From the NCBI RefSeq assembly GCF_009914755.1, contig NC_060933.1: a DNA stretch of 64,000 bases; one strand, written 5' to 3'. A program made the translations under genes and the position numbers. Positions within the stretch are counted from its first letter, which is position 1, and every line of letters begins with the position of its first letter. The stretch comes from the human T2T-CHM13v2.0 reference genome, Homo sapiens. Under the pieces are notes generated by a model, which searched no databases, was not told where the DNA came from, and worked only from the letters and a program-made list of their open reading frames with translations. Of the stretch, positions 27,101 through 41,418 are shown one piece after another.

Positions 27101-28683
27101 CCATTCTATTTGCGTTAATTCCGTTCCATTCCATTCCATTACATTCCTTTGCAATCGAGTTGATTCCATTCCATTCCATTCCATTCCATTCCATTCCATT
27201 CCATTCCATGCCATTCCACTCGGGTTGATTCCATTCCTTTCCATTCCATTCGAGTTGAATCCATTCCATTCCATTCTATTCCATTCGATTCCATTCCATT
27301 GCTCACGTGTTCATTCCATTCCATTCCATTCCATTCCATTCCATTCCATTTCTTTCCATTCCATTCTCTTCCGTAGTATTCCATTCCATTCCATTCCACT
27401 CCATTCCATGCCATTCCACTCGGGTTTATTCCATTCCTTTCCATTCCATTCGGGTTGAATTCATTCCATTCCATTCCACTCCATTCCATTCAATTCCATT
27501 ACATTGCACTCGGGTTGATTCCATTGCATTCCATTCCATTTCAATCCATTCCCTTCCATTCCATTTCATTCCATTCCATTCCATTCCATTCCATTCCATT
27601 CCATTCCATTCCATGCCATTCCACTCGAGTTGATTCCATTACTTTCCATTCCATTCTAGTTGAACCCATTCCATTCCATTCCATTCCATTCCATTCCATT
27701 GCACACGGAATGGAATGGAATGGAAACAACCCGAATGGAATGGAATGTAATGGAGTGTAAGGGAATTGAATACAATCAATCCGAATGTAATGGAATGGAA
27801 TGGAACGGAATGGAATGGAATGGAATGCAGTGGAATGGAATCAAACCTAGTGCAATGGAATGGAATGCAATGGAATGGAATGGAATGGAATGGAAGGGAT
27901 TGGATTCAACCCAAATGGAATGGAAAGCAATGGAATCAAACCGAGTGGAATGGCATGGAATGGAATGGAATGGTACAGAATAGAATGGAATGGAACGAAA
28001 TGGAATGGAATGGAATGGAATGGAACGGAATGGAATTAACGCGAGTAGAATGGAATGGAATGTAATGGAACGGAATGGAATGGAATGGGATGGAATGGAA
28101 TCAATCTGAGTGCAGGGGAATGGAATGGAATGGAATGCAATGGAATGGAATGGAATGGAATGGAATGCAATGGAATCAACTAGATTGCAATGGGATGGAA
28201 TGGAATGGAATGGAATGGAAGGGAATGGAATGGAATGAAATTAACCTGAACAGAATGGAATGGAATGGAATGGAACGGAATGGAAGGGAATGGAATGGAA
28301 TGGAATTAACCTGAACAGAATGGAATAGAATGGAATGGAACGGAATGGAATGGAATGGAATGGAATGGAATGCAATGGAATGGGATCAACCCAAGTGCAG
28401 GGGAATGGAATGGAATGGAATGCAATGGAATGGAATCAATCAACCCGAGTGCAATAGAATGCAGTGGAATGGAATGGAATGGAATGGAAAGTACCCGAAT
28501 GGAATGGAATGTAATGGAGTGTAAGGGAATTAAAAAGAATCAATCCGAATGTAATGGAATGGAATTGAAAGGAAAGGAATGGAAAGGAATGGAACGGAAT
28601 GGAACGGGATGAAATGGAATGGCATAGAACGGAATGGAATCAACCCGAGCGCAATGGAATGGAATGGAATGGAATGGAATGGA
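21200..28683 (+). repeat. Direct duplication D1, copy 2
   Basis: Near-identical to 1-7484, including the strand-switch junction. Differences seen are two whole-pentamer indels and two substitutions corresponding to 5248 and 5259. Confidence 0.95.
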
Positions 28684-28934
28684 TTCAACCCGAATGGAAT
28701 GGAAAGGAATGGAATAAACCCGAGTGAAATGGCATGGAAGGGAATGGAATGGAATGGAATGGTACGGAGTAGAATGGAATGGAACGAAATGGAATGGAAT
28801 GGAATGGAATGGAATGGAATGAACCCGTGAGCAATGGAATGGAATGGAATGGAATGGAATGGAATGGAAGGGAATGGAATGGGTTCAATTCGAATGGAAT
28901 GGAAAGGAATGGAATCAACCCGAGTGCAATGGCA

Positions 28935-31900
28935 TGGAATGGAATGGAATGGATTCAACCCGAATGGAATGGAAAGGAATGGAATAAACCCGAGTGGAAT
29001 GGCATGGAATGGAGTGGAATGGAATGGAATGGAATGGAATGGAATGGAATGGAATGCAATTAACCCTAATAGAATGGAATGGAATGCAATGGAATGGAAT
29101 GGAATGGAATTGAATGGAAGGGAATGGAATGGAATGGAATGTAATGGAATGGAATGGAATTAACACGAATAGAATGGAATGGAATGGAATGGAATGGAAT
29201 GGAATGGAATCAACTCGATTTCAATGGAATGGAATGGAATGGAATGGAATGGAATGGAATGGAATAGAATGGAATCCAACCGAGTGCAGTGGAATGGAAT
29301 GGAATGGAATGCAATGGAATGGAATCATACGGAATGGAATGGAATGGAATGGAATGAAATGGAATGGAATGCAATGGAATGGAATGGAATCAACCCGATT
29401 GCAATGGAATGGAGTGGAATGGAATGGAATGGAATGGAAACAACCCGAATGGAATGGAATGTAATGGAGAGTAAGGGAATTGAATAGAATCAATACGAAT
29501 GTAATGGAATGGAATGGAACGGAATGGAATGCAATGGAATGGAATGGAATGCAATGGAATGGGATCAACCCGAGTGAAATGAAATGGAATCGAAAGGAAT
29601 GGAATGGAATGGAATGGTTTCAACCCGAATGGAACGGAAAGGAATGGAATCAACCCGAGTGGAATGGAATGGAATGGAATGGAATGGAATGGAATGGAAT
29701 GGGTTCAACTCGAATGGAAGGGAAAAGAATGGAATCAACCCGAGTGGAATGGCATGGAATGGAATGAATGGAATGGAATGGAATGGAATGGAATGGATTC
29801 AACCCGAATGGAATGGAAAGGAATGGAATAAACCCGAGTGGAATGGCATGGAATGGAGTGGAATGGAATTGAATGGAAGGGAATGGTACGGAATAGAATG
29901 GAATGGAACGAAATGGAATGGAATGGAATGGAATGGAATGGAATGAACCCGTGTACAATTGAATGGAATCGAAAGGAATGGAATGCAATGGAATGGATTC
30001 AACTAGAATGGAATGGAAAGGAATGGAATCAACCCGAGTGGAATGGCATGGCATGGAATGGAATGGAATGGAATGGAAAGGATTGGTACGGAATAGAATG
30101 GAATGGAACGAAATGGAATGGAATGGAATGGAATGGAATGGAATGGAATGGAATAGAATGGAATCCACCCGATTGCAGGGGAATGGAATGGAATGGAATG
30201 GAATGGATTCAAACCGAATGGAATGGAAAGGAATGGAATCAACCCGAGTGGATTGGCATGGAATGGAATGGAATGGAATGGAATGGTAGGGAATAGAATG
30301 GAATGGAACGAAATGGAATGGAATGGAATGGAATGGAATGGAATGGAATCAACCTGAGTGCAATGGAATGGAGTGGAAGGGAATGTAATGGAACGGAAAC
30401 AACACGAATGGAATGGAATGTAATGGAGTGTAAGGGAATTGGATACAATCAATCCGAATGTAATGGAATGGAATGGAACGGAATGGAATTGAATGGAATG
30501 GAATGGAATGCAATGGAATGGAATCAACCCGAGTGCAATGGAACGGAGAGGAATGGAATGGAATGGAATGGAAACAACCCGAATGGAATGGAATGTAATG
30601 GAGTGTAAGGGAATTGAACAGAATCAATACGAATGTAATGGAATGGAATGGAACGGAATGGAATGCAATGGAATGGAATGCAATGCAATGGAATGGGATC
30701 AACCCGAGTGTAATGGAATGGAATCGAAAGGAATGGAATGGAATGGAATGGTTTCAACACGAATGGAATGGAAAGGAATGGAATCATCCCGAGTGGAATG
30801 GAATGGAATGGAATGGAATGGAATGGAATGGAATGGACCCGTGTGCAATGGAATGGAATCGAATGGAATGGAATGGAATGGAATGGATTCAAGTCGAATG
30901 GAATGGAAAGGAATGGAATCAACCCGAATGGAATGGGATGGAATGGAATGGAATGAAATGGAATGGAATGGAATGGAATGGTACGGAATAGAACGGAATG
31001 AAACTAAATGGAATGGAATGGAATGGAATGGAAAGGAATGGAATGGAATCAACCCGAGTGCAGGGGAATGGAATGGAATGGAAGGCAATGGAATGAAATC
31101 ATCCGGAATTGAATGGAATGGAATGGAATGGAATGGAATGGAATCAACTCGATTGCAATGGAATGTAATGGAATGGAATGGAATGGAATTAACCCTAATA
31201 GAATGGAATGGAATGGAATGGAAGGGAATGGAATGGAATGGAATGGAATGGAATTAACCGGAATAGAATGCAATGGAATGGAATGGAATGGAATGGAATG
31301 GAATGGAATGGAATGGAATGAAATGGAATCAACTCGATTTCACTGGAATGGAATGGAATGCAATGGAATGGAATGGAATGGAATGGAATGAAATTAACCC
31401 GAATAGAATGGAATGGAATGGAATGGAATGGAATGGAATGGAATAGAGTGGAATGGAATGGAATGGAATAGAATGGAATCCACCTGAGTGCAGGGGAATG
31501 GAATGGAATGGTATGCAATTGAATGGAATCATACGGAATGGAATGGAATGGAATGGAATGGAAACAACCCGAATGGAATGGAATGGAATGGATTCAACAC
31601 GTATGGAATGGAAAGGAATGGAATCAACCCGAGTGGAATGGAATTTAATGGAATGGAATGGAATGGAATGCAGTGAAACGGAATCAAACCTAGTGCAATG
31701 GAATGGAATGGAATGGAATGGAATGGAATGGAATGGATTAGATTCAACCCAAATGGAATGGAAAGCAATGGAATCAACCCGAGTGGAATGGCATGGAATG
31801 GAATGGAATGGAATGGAATGGAAAGGTACGGAATAGAGTGGAATGGAACGAAATGGAATGGAATGGAATGGAATGGAATGGAATGGAATGGAATGGAATA

Positions 31901-34900
31901 GAATGGAATCCACCCGATTGCAGGGGAATGGAATGGAATGGAATGCAATGGAATGGAATGGAATGGATTCAACCCGAATGGAATGGAAAGGAAAGGAATA
32001 AACCCGAGTGAAATGGCATGGAAGGGAATGGAATGGAATGCAATGGTACGGAGTAGAATGGAATGGAACGAAATGGAATGGAATGGAATGGAATGGAATG
32101 GAATTGGATGGAATGAACCCGTGAGCAATGGAATGGAATGGAATGGAATGGAATGGAATGGAATGGAATGGGTTCAACTCGAATGGAATGGAAAGGAATG
32201 GAATCAACCCGAGTGGAATGGCATGGAATGGAATGGAATGGAATGGAATGGAATGGAATGGAATGGAATGGAATGGAATGGATTCAACCCGAATGGAATG
32301 GATTCAACCCGAATGGAATGGAAAGGAATGGAATAAACCCGAGTGGAATGGCATGGAATGGAGTGGAATGGAATGGAATGGAAGGGAATGGTACGGAATA
32401 GAATGGAATGGAACGAAATGGAATGGAATGGAATGGAATGGAATGGAATGGAATGAACCCGTGTGCAATTGAATGGAATCGAATGGAATGGAATGCAATG
32501 GAATGGATTCAACTAGAATGGAATGGAAAGGAATGGAATCAACTCGAGTGGAATGGCATGGCAAGGAATGGAATGGAATGGAATGGAATGGAATGGAAAG
32601 GTACGGAATAGAATGGAATGGAACGAAATGGAATGGAATGGAATGGAATGAATGGAATGGAATGGAATAGAATGGAATCCACCCGATTGCAGGGGAATGG
32701 AATGGAACGGAATACAATGGAATGGAATGGAATGGATTCAACCCGAATGGAATGGAAAGGAATGGAATCAACCCGAGTGGAATGGCATGGAATGGAATGG
32801 AATGGAATGGAATGGAATGGTACGGAATAGAATGGAATGGAACGAAATGGAATGGAATGGAATGGAATGGAATGGAATGGAATGGAATGGAATCAACCTG
32901 AGTGCAATGGAATGGAGTGGAATGGAATGTAATGGAATGGAAAGAACCCGAATGGAATGGAATGTAATGGAGTGTAAGGGAATTGAATACAATCAATCCG
33001 AATGTAATGGAATGGAATGGAACGGAATGGAATGGAATGGAATGGAATGGAATGGAATGGAATGAAATGGAATGGCAGGGAATGGAATGGAATCAACCCG
33101 AGTGCAAAGGAATGGAATGGAATGGAATGGAATGGAATGGAATGGAATGGATTCAACCCGAATGGAATGGAAAGGAATGTAATAAACCTGAGTGGAATGG
33201 CATGGAATGGAATGGAATGGAATGGAATGGTACGGAATAGAATGGAATGGAACGAAATGGAATGGAATGGAATGGAATGGAATGGAATCAACCTGAGTGC
33301 AATGGAATGGAGTAGAATGGAAAGTAATGGAATGGAAACAACCCGAATGGAATGGAATGTAATGGAGTGTAAGGGAATTGAATACAATCAATCCGAATGT
33401 AATGGAATGGAATGGAACGGAATGGAATGGAATGGAATGCAGTGGAATGGAATCAAACCTAGTGCAATGGAATGGAATGGAATGGAATGGAATGGAATGG
33501 AATGGAATGGATTGGATTCAACCCAAATGGAATGGAAAGCAATGGAATCAACCCGAGTGGAATGGCATGGAATGGAATGGAATGGAATGGAATGGAATGG
33601 TACAGAATAAAATGGAATGGAACGAAATGGAATGGAATGGAATGGAATGGAACGGAATGGAATGGAATCAACTCGATTGCAATGGAATGTAATGGAATGG
33701 AATAGAATGGAATTAACGCGAATAGAATGGAATGGAATGTAATGGAACGGAATGGAATGGAATGGGATAGAATGGAATCAATCTGAGTGCAGGAGAATGG
33801 AATGGAATGGAATACAATGGAATGGAATGGAATGGAATGGAATGCAATGGAATCAACTAGATTGCAATGGGATGGAATGGAATGGAATGGAATGGAAGGG
33901 AATGGAATGGAATGGAATTAATCTGAACAGAATGGAATGGAATGGAATGGAACGGAATGGAATGGAATGGAATGGAATGGAATGGAATGCAATGCAATGG
34001 GATCAACCCGAGTGCAGGGGAATGGAATGGAATGGAATGCAATGGAATGGAATCAATCAACCCGAGTGCAATAGAATGAAGTGGAATGGAATGGAATGGA
34101 ATGGAAAGTACCCGAATGGAAAGGAATATAATGGAGTGTAAGGGAATTAAAAAGAATCAATCCGAATGTAATGGAATGGAATGGAACGGAATGGAATGGA
34201 ATGGAATGGAATGGAATGGAATGGAATGAAATGGAATGGCATGGAATGGAATGGAATCAACCCGAGTTCAATGGATTGGAATCAAATGGAATGGAATGGA
34301 ATGGAATGCATTCAACCCGAATGGAATGGAAAGGAATGGAATAAACCCGAGTGAAATGGCATGGAAGGGAATGGAATGGAATGGAATGGTAAGGAATAGA
34401 ATGGAATGGAACGAAATGGAATGGAATGGAATGGAATGCAATGGAATGGAATGGAATGGAATGGAATGAACCCGTGTGCAATGGAATGGAATGGAATGGA
34501 ATGGAATGGAATGGAATGGGTTCAACCAGAATGGAATGGAAAGGAATGGAATCAACCCGAGTGGAATGGCATGGAATGGAATGGAATGGAATGGAATGAA
34601 ATGGAATGGTAGGGAATGGATTGAAATGGAATGGAATGGAATGGAATCAACCCGAGTGCAATGTAATGGAATTGAATGGAATGGAATAGAATGTAATGGA
34701 ACGGAATGCAATGGAATGGAATCATCCGGAATGGAATGGAATGGAATGGAATGGAATGGAATCAACCCGAGTGCAATGGAATGGAGTGGAATGGAATGGA
34801 ATGGAATGGAACAACTCGAATGGAATGGAATGTAATGGAGAGTAAGGGAGTTGAATAGAATCAATCCGAATGTAATGGAATGAAATGCAACGGAATGGAA

Positions 34901-37900
34901 TGGAATGGAATGGAATGGAATGCAATGGAATGGAATCAACCCGAGTACAATGGAATGGAATGGAATGGAATGGAATGGAATGGAATGGAATGGAATGCCT
35001 TCAAACCGAATGGAATGGAAAGAATGGAATCAACACGAGTGGAATGGCATGGATTGGAATGGAATGGAATGGAATCAACCCGAGTACAGGGGAATGGAAT
35101 GGAATGGAATGCAATGGAATGGATTCATCCGTAATGGAATGGAAAGGAATGGAATGGAATGGAATGGAATGGAATGGATTCAACCCGAATGGAATGGAAA
35201 GGAATGGAATAAACCCGAGTGGAATGGCATGGAATGGAGTGGAATGGAATGGAATGGAATGGAATGGAATGGAATGGAATGCAATTAACCCTAATAGAAT
35301 GGAATGGAATGCAATGGAATGGAATGGAATGGAATTGAATGGAAGGGAATGGAATGGAATGGAATGTAATGGAATGGAATGGAATTAACACGAATAGAAT
35401 GGAATGGAATGGAATGGAATGGAATGGAATGGAATCAACTCGATTTCAATGGAATGGAATGGAATGGAATGGAATGGAATGGAATGGAATAGAATGGAAT
35501 CCAACCGAGTGCAGTGGAATGGAATGGAATGGAATGCAATGGAATGGAATCATACGGAATGGAATGGAATGGAATGGAATGAAATGGAATGGAATGCAAT
35601 GGAATGGAATGGAATCAACCCGATTGCAATGGAATGGAGTGGAATGGAATGGAATGGAATGGAAACAACCCGAATGGAATGGAATGTAATGGAGAGTAAG
35701 GGAATTGAATAGAATCAATACGAATGTAATGGAATGGAATGGAACGGAATGGAATGCAATGGAATGGAATGGAATGCAATGGAATGGGATCAACCCGAGT
35801 GAAATGGAATGGAATCGAAAGGAATGGAATGGAATGGAATGGTTTCAACCCGAATGGAACGGAAAGGAATGGAATCAACCCGAGTGGAATGGAATGGAAT
35901 GGAATGGAATGGAATGGAATGGAATGGGTTCAACTCGAATGGAAGGGAAAAGAATGGAATCAACCCGAGTGGAATGGCATGGAATGGAATGAATGGAATG
36001 GAATGGAATGGAATGGAATGGATTCAACCCGAATGGAATGGAAAGGAATGGAATAAACCCGAGTGGAATGGCATGGAATGGAGTGGAATGGAATTGAATG
36101 GAAGGGAATGGTACGGAATAGAATGGAATGGAACGAAATGGAATGGAATGGAATGGAATGGAATGGAATGAACCCGTGTACAATTGAATGGAATCGAAAG
36201 GAATGGAATGCAATGGAATGGATTCAACTAGAATGGAATGGAAAGGAATGGAATCAACCCGAGTGGAATGGCATGGCATGGAATGGAATGGAATGGAATG
36301 GAAAGGATTGGTACGGAATAGAATGGAATGGAACGAAATGGAATGGAATGGAATGGAATGGAATGGAATGGAATGGAATAGAATGGAATCCACCCGATTG
36401 CAGGGGAATGGAATGGAATGGAATGGAATGGATTCAAACCGAATGGAATGGAAAGGAATGGAATCAACCCGAGTGGATTGGCATGGAATGGAATGGAATG
36501 GAATGGAATGGTAGGGAATAGAATGGAATGGAACGAAATGGAATGGAATGGAATGGAATGGAATGGAATGGAATCAACCTGAGTGCAATGGAATGGAGTG
36601 GAAGGGAATGTAATGGAACGGAAACAACACGAATGGAATGGAATGTAATGGAGTGTAAGGGAATTGGATACAATCAATCCGAATGTAATGGAATGGAATG
36701 GAACGGAATGGAATTGAATGGAATGGAATGGAATGCAATGGAATGGAATCAACCCGAGTGCAATGGAACGGAGAGGAATGGAATGGAATGGAATGGAAAC
36801 AACCCGAATGGAATGGAATGTAATGGAGTGTAAGGGTATTGAACAGAATCAATACGAATGTAATGGAATGTAATGGAACGGAATGGAATGCAATGGAATG
36901 GAATGCAATGCAATGGAATGGGATCAACCCGAGTGTAATGGAATGGAATCGAAAGGAATGGAATGGAATGGAATGGTTTCAACACGAATGGAATGGAAAG
37001 GAATGGAATCATCCCGAGTGGAATGGAATGGAATGGAATGGAATGGAATGGAATGGAATGGACCCGTGTGCAATGGAATGGAATCGAATGGAATGGAATG
37101 GAATGGAATGGATTCAAGTCGAATGGAATGGAAAGGAATGGAATCAACCCGAATGGAATGGGATGGAATGGAATGGAATGAAATGGAATGGAATGGAATG
37201 GAATGGTACGGAATAGAACGGAATGAAACTAAATGGAATGGAATGGAATGGAATGGAAAGGAATGGAATGGAATCAACCCGAGTGCAGGGGAATGGAATG
37301 GAATGGAAGGCAATGGAATGAAATCATCCGGAATTGAATGGAATGGAATGGAATGGAATGGAATGGAATCAACTCGATTGCAATGGAATGTAATGGAATG
37401 GAATGGAATGGAATTAACCCTAATAGAATGGAATGGAATGGAATGGAAGGGAATGGAATGGAATGGAATGGAATGGAATTAACCGGAATAGAATGCAATG
37501 GAATGGAATGGAATGGAATGGAATGGAATGGAATGGAATGAAATGGAATCAACTCGATTTCACTGGAATGGAATGGAATGCAATGGAATGGAATGGAATG
37601 GAATGGAATGAAATTAACCCGAATAGAATGGAATGGAATGGAATGGAATGGAATGGAATGGAATAGAGTGGAATGGAATGGAATGGAATAGAATGGAATC
37701 CACCTGAGTGCAGGGGAATGGAATGGAATGGTATGCAATTGAATGGAATCATACGGAATGGAATGGAATGGAATGGAATGGAAACAACCCGAATGGAATG
37801 GAATGGAATGGATTCAACACGTATGGAATGGAAAGGAATGGAATCAACCCGAGTGGAATGGAATTTAATGGAATGGAATGGAATGGAATGCAGTGAAACG

Positions 37901-40900
37901 GAATCAAACCTAGTGCAATGGAATGGAATGGAATGGAATGGAATGGAATGGAATGGATTAGATTCAACCCAAATGGAATGGAAAGCAATGGAATCAACCC
38001 GAGTGGAATGGCATGGAATGGAATGGAATGGAATGGAATGGAAAGGTACGGAATAGAGTGGAATGGAACGAAATGGAATGGAATGGAATGGAATGGAATG
38101 GAATGGAATGGAATGGAATAGAATGGAATCCACCCGATTGCAGGGGAATGGAATGGAATGGAATGCAATGGAATGGAATGGAATGGATTCAACCCGAATG
38201 GAATGGAAAGGAAAGGAATAAACCCGAGTGAAATGGCATGGAAGGGAATGGAATGGAATGCAATGGTACGGAGTAGAATGGAATGGAACGAAATGGAATG
38301 GAATGGAATGGAATGGAATGGAATTGGATGGAATGAACCCGTGAGCAATGGAATGGAATGGAATGGAATGGAATGGAATGGAATGGAATGGGTTCAACTC
38401 GAATGGAATGGAAAGGAATGGAATCAACCCGAGTGGAATGGCATGGAATGGAATGGAATGGAATGGAATGGAATGGAATGGAATGGATTCAACCCGAATG
38501 GAATGGATTCAACCCGAATGGAATGGAAAGGAATGGAATAAACCCGAGTGGAATGGCATGGAATGGAGTGGAATGGAATGGAATGGAAGGGAATGGTACG
38601 GAATAGAATGGAATGGAACGAAATGGAATGGAATGGAATGGAATGGAATGGAATGGAATGAACCCGTGTGCAATTGAATGGAATCGAATGGAATGGAATG
38701 CAATGGAATGGATTCAACTAGAATGGAATGGAAAGGAATGGAATCAACTCGAGTGGAATGGCATGGCAAGGAATGGAATGGAATGGAATGGAATGGAATG
38801 GAAAGGTACGGAATAGAATGGAATGGAACGAAATGGAATGGAATGGAATGGAATGAATGGAATGGAATGGAATAGAATGGAATCCACCCGATTGCAGGGG
38901 AATGGAATGGAACGGAATACAATGGAATGGAATGGAATGGATTCAACCCGAATGGAATGGAAAGGAATGGAATCAACCCGAGTGGAATGGCATGGAATGG
39001 AATGGAATGGAATGGAATGGAATGGTACGGAATAGAATGGAATGGAACGAAATGGAATGGAATGGAATGGAATGGAATGGAATGGAATGGAATGGAATCA
39101 ACCTGAGTGCAATGGAATGGAGTGGAATGGAATGTAATGGAATGGAAAGAACCCGAATGGAATGGAATGTAATGGAGTGTAAGGGAATTGAATACAATCA
39201 ATCCGAATGTAATGGAATGGAATGGAACGGAATGGAATGGAATGGAATGGAATGGAATGGAATGGAATGAAATGGAATGGCAGGGAATGGAATGGAATCA
39301 ACCCGAGTGCAAAGGAATGGAATGGAATGGAATGGAATGGAATGGAATGGAATGGATTCAACCCGAATGGAATGGAAAGGAATGTAATAAACCTGAGTGG
39401 AATGGCATGGAATGGAATGGAATGGAATGGAATGGTACGGAATAGAATGGAATGGAACGAAATGGAATGGAATGGAATGGAATGGAATGGAATCAACCTG
39501 AGTGCAATGGAATGGAGTAGAATGGAAAGTAATGGAATGGAAACAACCCGAATGGAATGGAATGTAATGGAGTGTAAGGGAATTGAATACAATCAATCCG
39601 AATGTAATGGAATGGAATGGAACGGAATGGAATGGAATGGAATGCAGTGGAATGGAATCAAACCTAGTGCAATGGAATGGAATGGAATGGAATGGAATGG
39701 AATGGAATGGAATGGATTGGATTCAACCCAAATGGAATGGAAAGCAATGGAATCAACCCGAGTGGAATGGCATGGAATGGAATGGAATGGAATGGAATGG
39801 AATGGTACAGAATAAAATGGAATGGAACGAAATGGAATGGAATGGAATGGAATGGAACGGAATGGAATGGAATCAACTCGATTGCAATGGAATGTAATGG
39901 AATGGAATAGAATGGAATTAACGCGAATAGAATGGAATGGAATGTAATGGAACGGAATGGAATGGAATGGGATAGAATGGAATCAATCTGAGTGCAGGAG
40001 AATGGAATGGAATGGAATACAATGGAATGGAATGGAATGGAATGGAATGCAATGGAATCAACTAGATTGCAATGGGATGGAATGGAATGGAATGGAATGG
40101 AAGGGAATGGAATGGAATGGAATTAACCTGAACAGAATGGAATGGAATGGAATGGAACGGAATGGAATGGAATGGAATGGAATGGAATGGAATGCAATGC
40201 AATGGGATCAACCCGAGTGCAGGGGAATGGAATGGAATGGAATGCAATGGAATGGAATCAATCAACCCGAGTGCAATAGAATGAAGTGGAATGGAATGGA
40301 ATGGAATGGAAAGTACCCGAATGGAAAGGAATATAATGGAGTGTAAGGGAATTAAAAAGAATCAATCCGAATGTAATGGAATGGAATGGAACGGAATGGA
40401 ATGGAATGGAATGGAATGGAATGGAATGGAATGAAATGGAATGGAATGGAATGGAATGGAATGAAATGGAATGGCATGGAATGGAATGGAATCAACCCGA
40501 GTTCAATGGATTGGAATCAAATGGAATGGAATGGAATGGAATGCATTCAAACCGAATGGAATGGAAAGGAATGGAATAAACCCGAGTGAAATGGCATGGA
40601 AGGGAATGGAATGGAATGGAATGGTAAGGAATAGAATGGAATGGAACGAAATGGAATGGAATGGAATGGAATGCAATGGAATGGAATGGAATGGAATGGA
40701 ATGAACCCGTGTGCAATGGAATGGAATGGAATGGAATGGAATGGAATGGAATGGAATGGGTTCAACCAGAATGGAATGGAAAGGAATGGAATCAACCCGA
40801 GTGGAATGGCATGGAATGGAATGGAATGGAATGGAATGAAATGGAATGGTAGGGAATGGATTGAAATGGAATGGAATGGAATGGAATCAACCCGAGTGCA

Positions 40901-41418
40901 ATGTAATGGAATTGAATGGAATGGAATAGAATGTAATGGAACGGAATGCAATGGAATGGAATCATCCGGAATGGAATGGAATGGAATGGAATGGAATGGA
41001 ATCAACCCGAGTGCAATGGAATGGAGTGGAATGGAATGGAATGGAATGGAACAACTCGAATGGAATGGAATGTAATGGAGAGTAAGGGAGTAGAATAGAA
41101 TCAATCCGAATGTAATGGAATGAAATGCAACGGAATGGAATGGAATGGAATGGAATGGAATGCAATGGAATGGAATCAACCCGAGTACAATGGAATGGAA
41201 TGGAATGGAATGGAATGGAATGGAATGGAATGGAATGCCTTCAAACCGAATGGAATGGAAAGAATGGAATCAACACGAGTGGAATGGCATGGATTGGAAT
41301 GGAATGGAATGGAATCAACCCGAGTACAGGGGAATGGAATGGAATGGAATGCAATGGAATGGATTCATCCGTAATGGAATGGAAAGGAATGGAATGGAAT
41401 GGAATGGAATGGAATGGA
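28935..41418 (+). repeat. Tandem duplication D3: two units of about 6.2 kb (about 28935-35175 and 35160-41418)
   Basis: Identical or near-identical ORF pairs 29114/35339 (6225), 31329/37549 (6220), 32304/38509 (6205), 34236/40471 (6235) and 34880/41120 (6240). Confidence 0.94.

Larger units (their letters stand above)
9879..27708 (-). repeat. HSat3 orientation block 3 (CATTC on +)
   Basis: (CATTC)n runs from tgcattccattgcattctggttg (9879) to ...ccattgcacacgg (27708). Confidence 0.97.
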
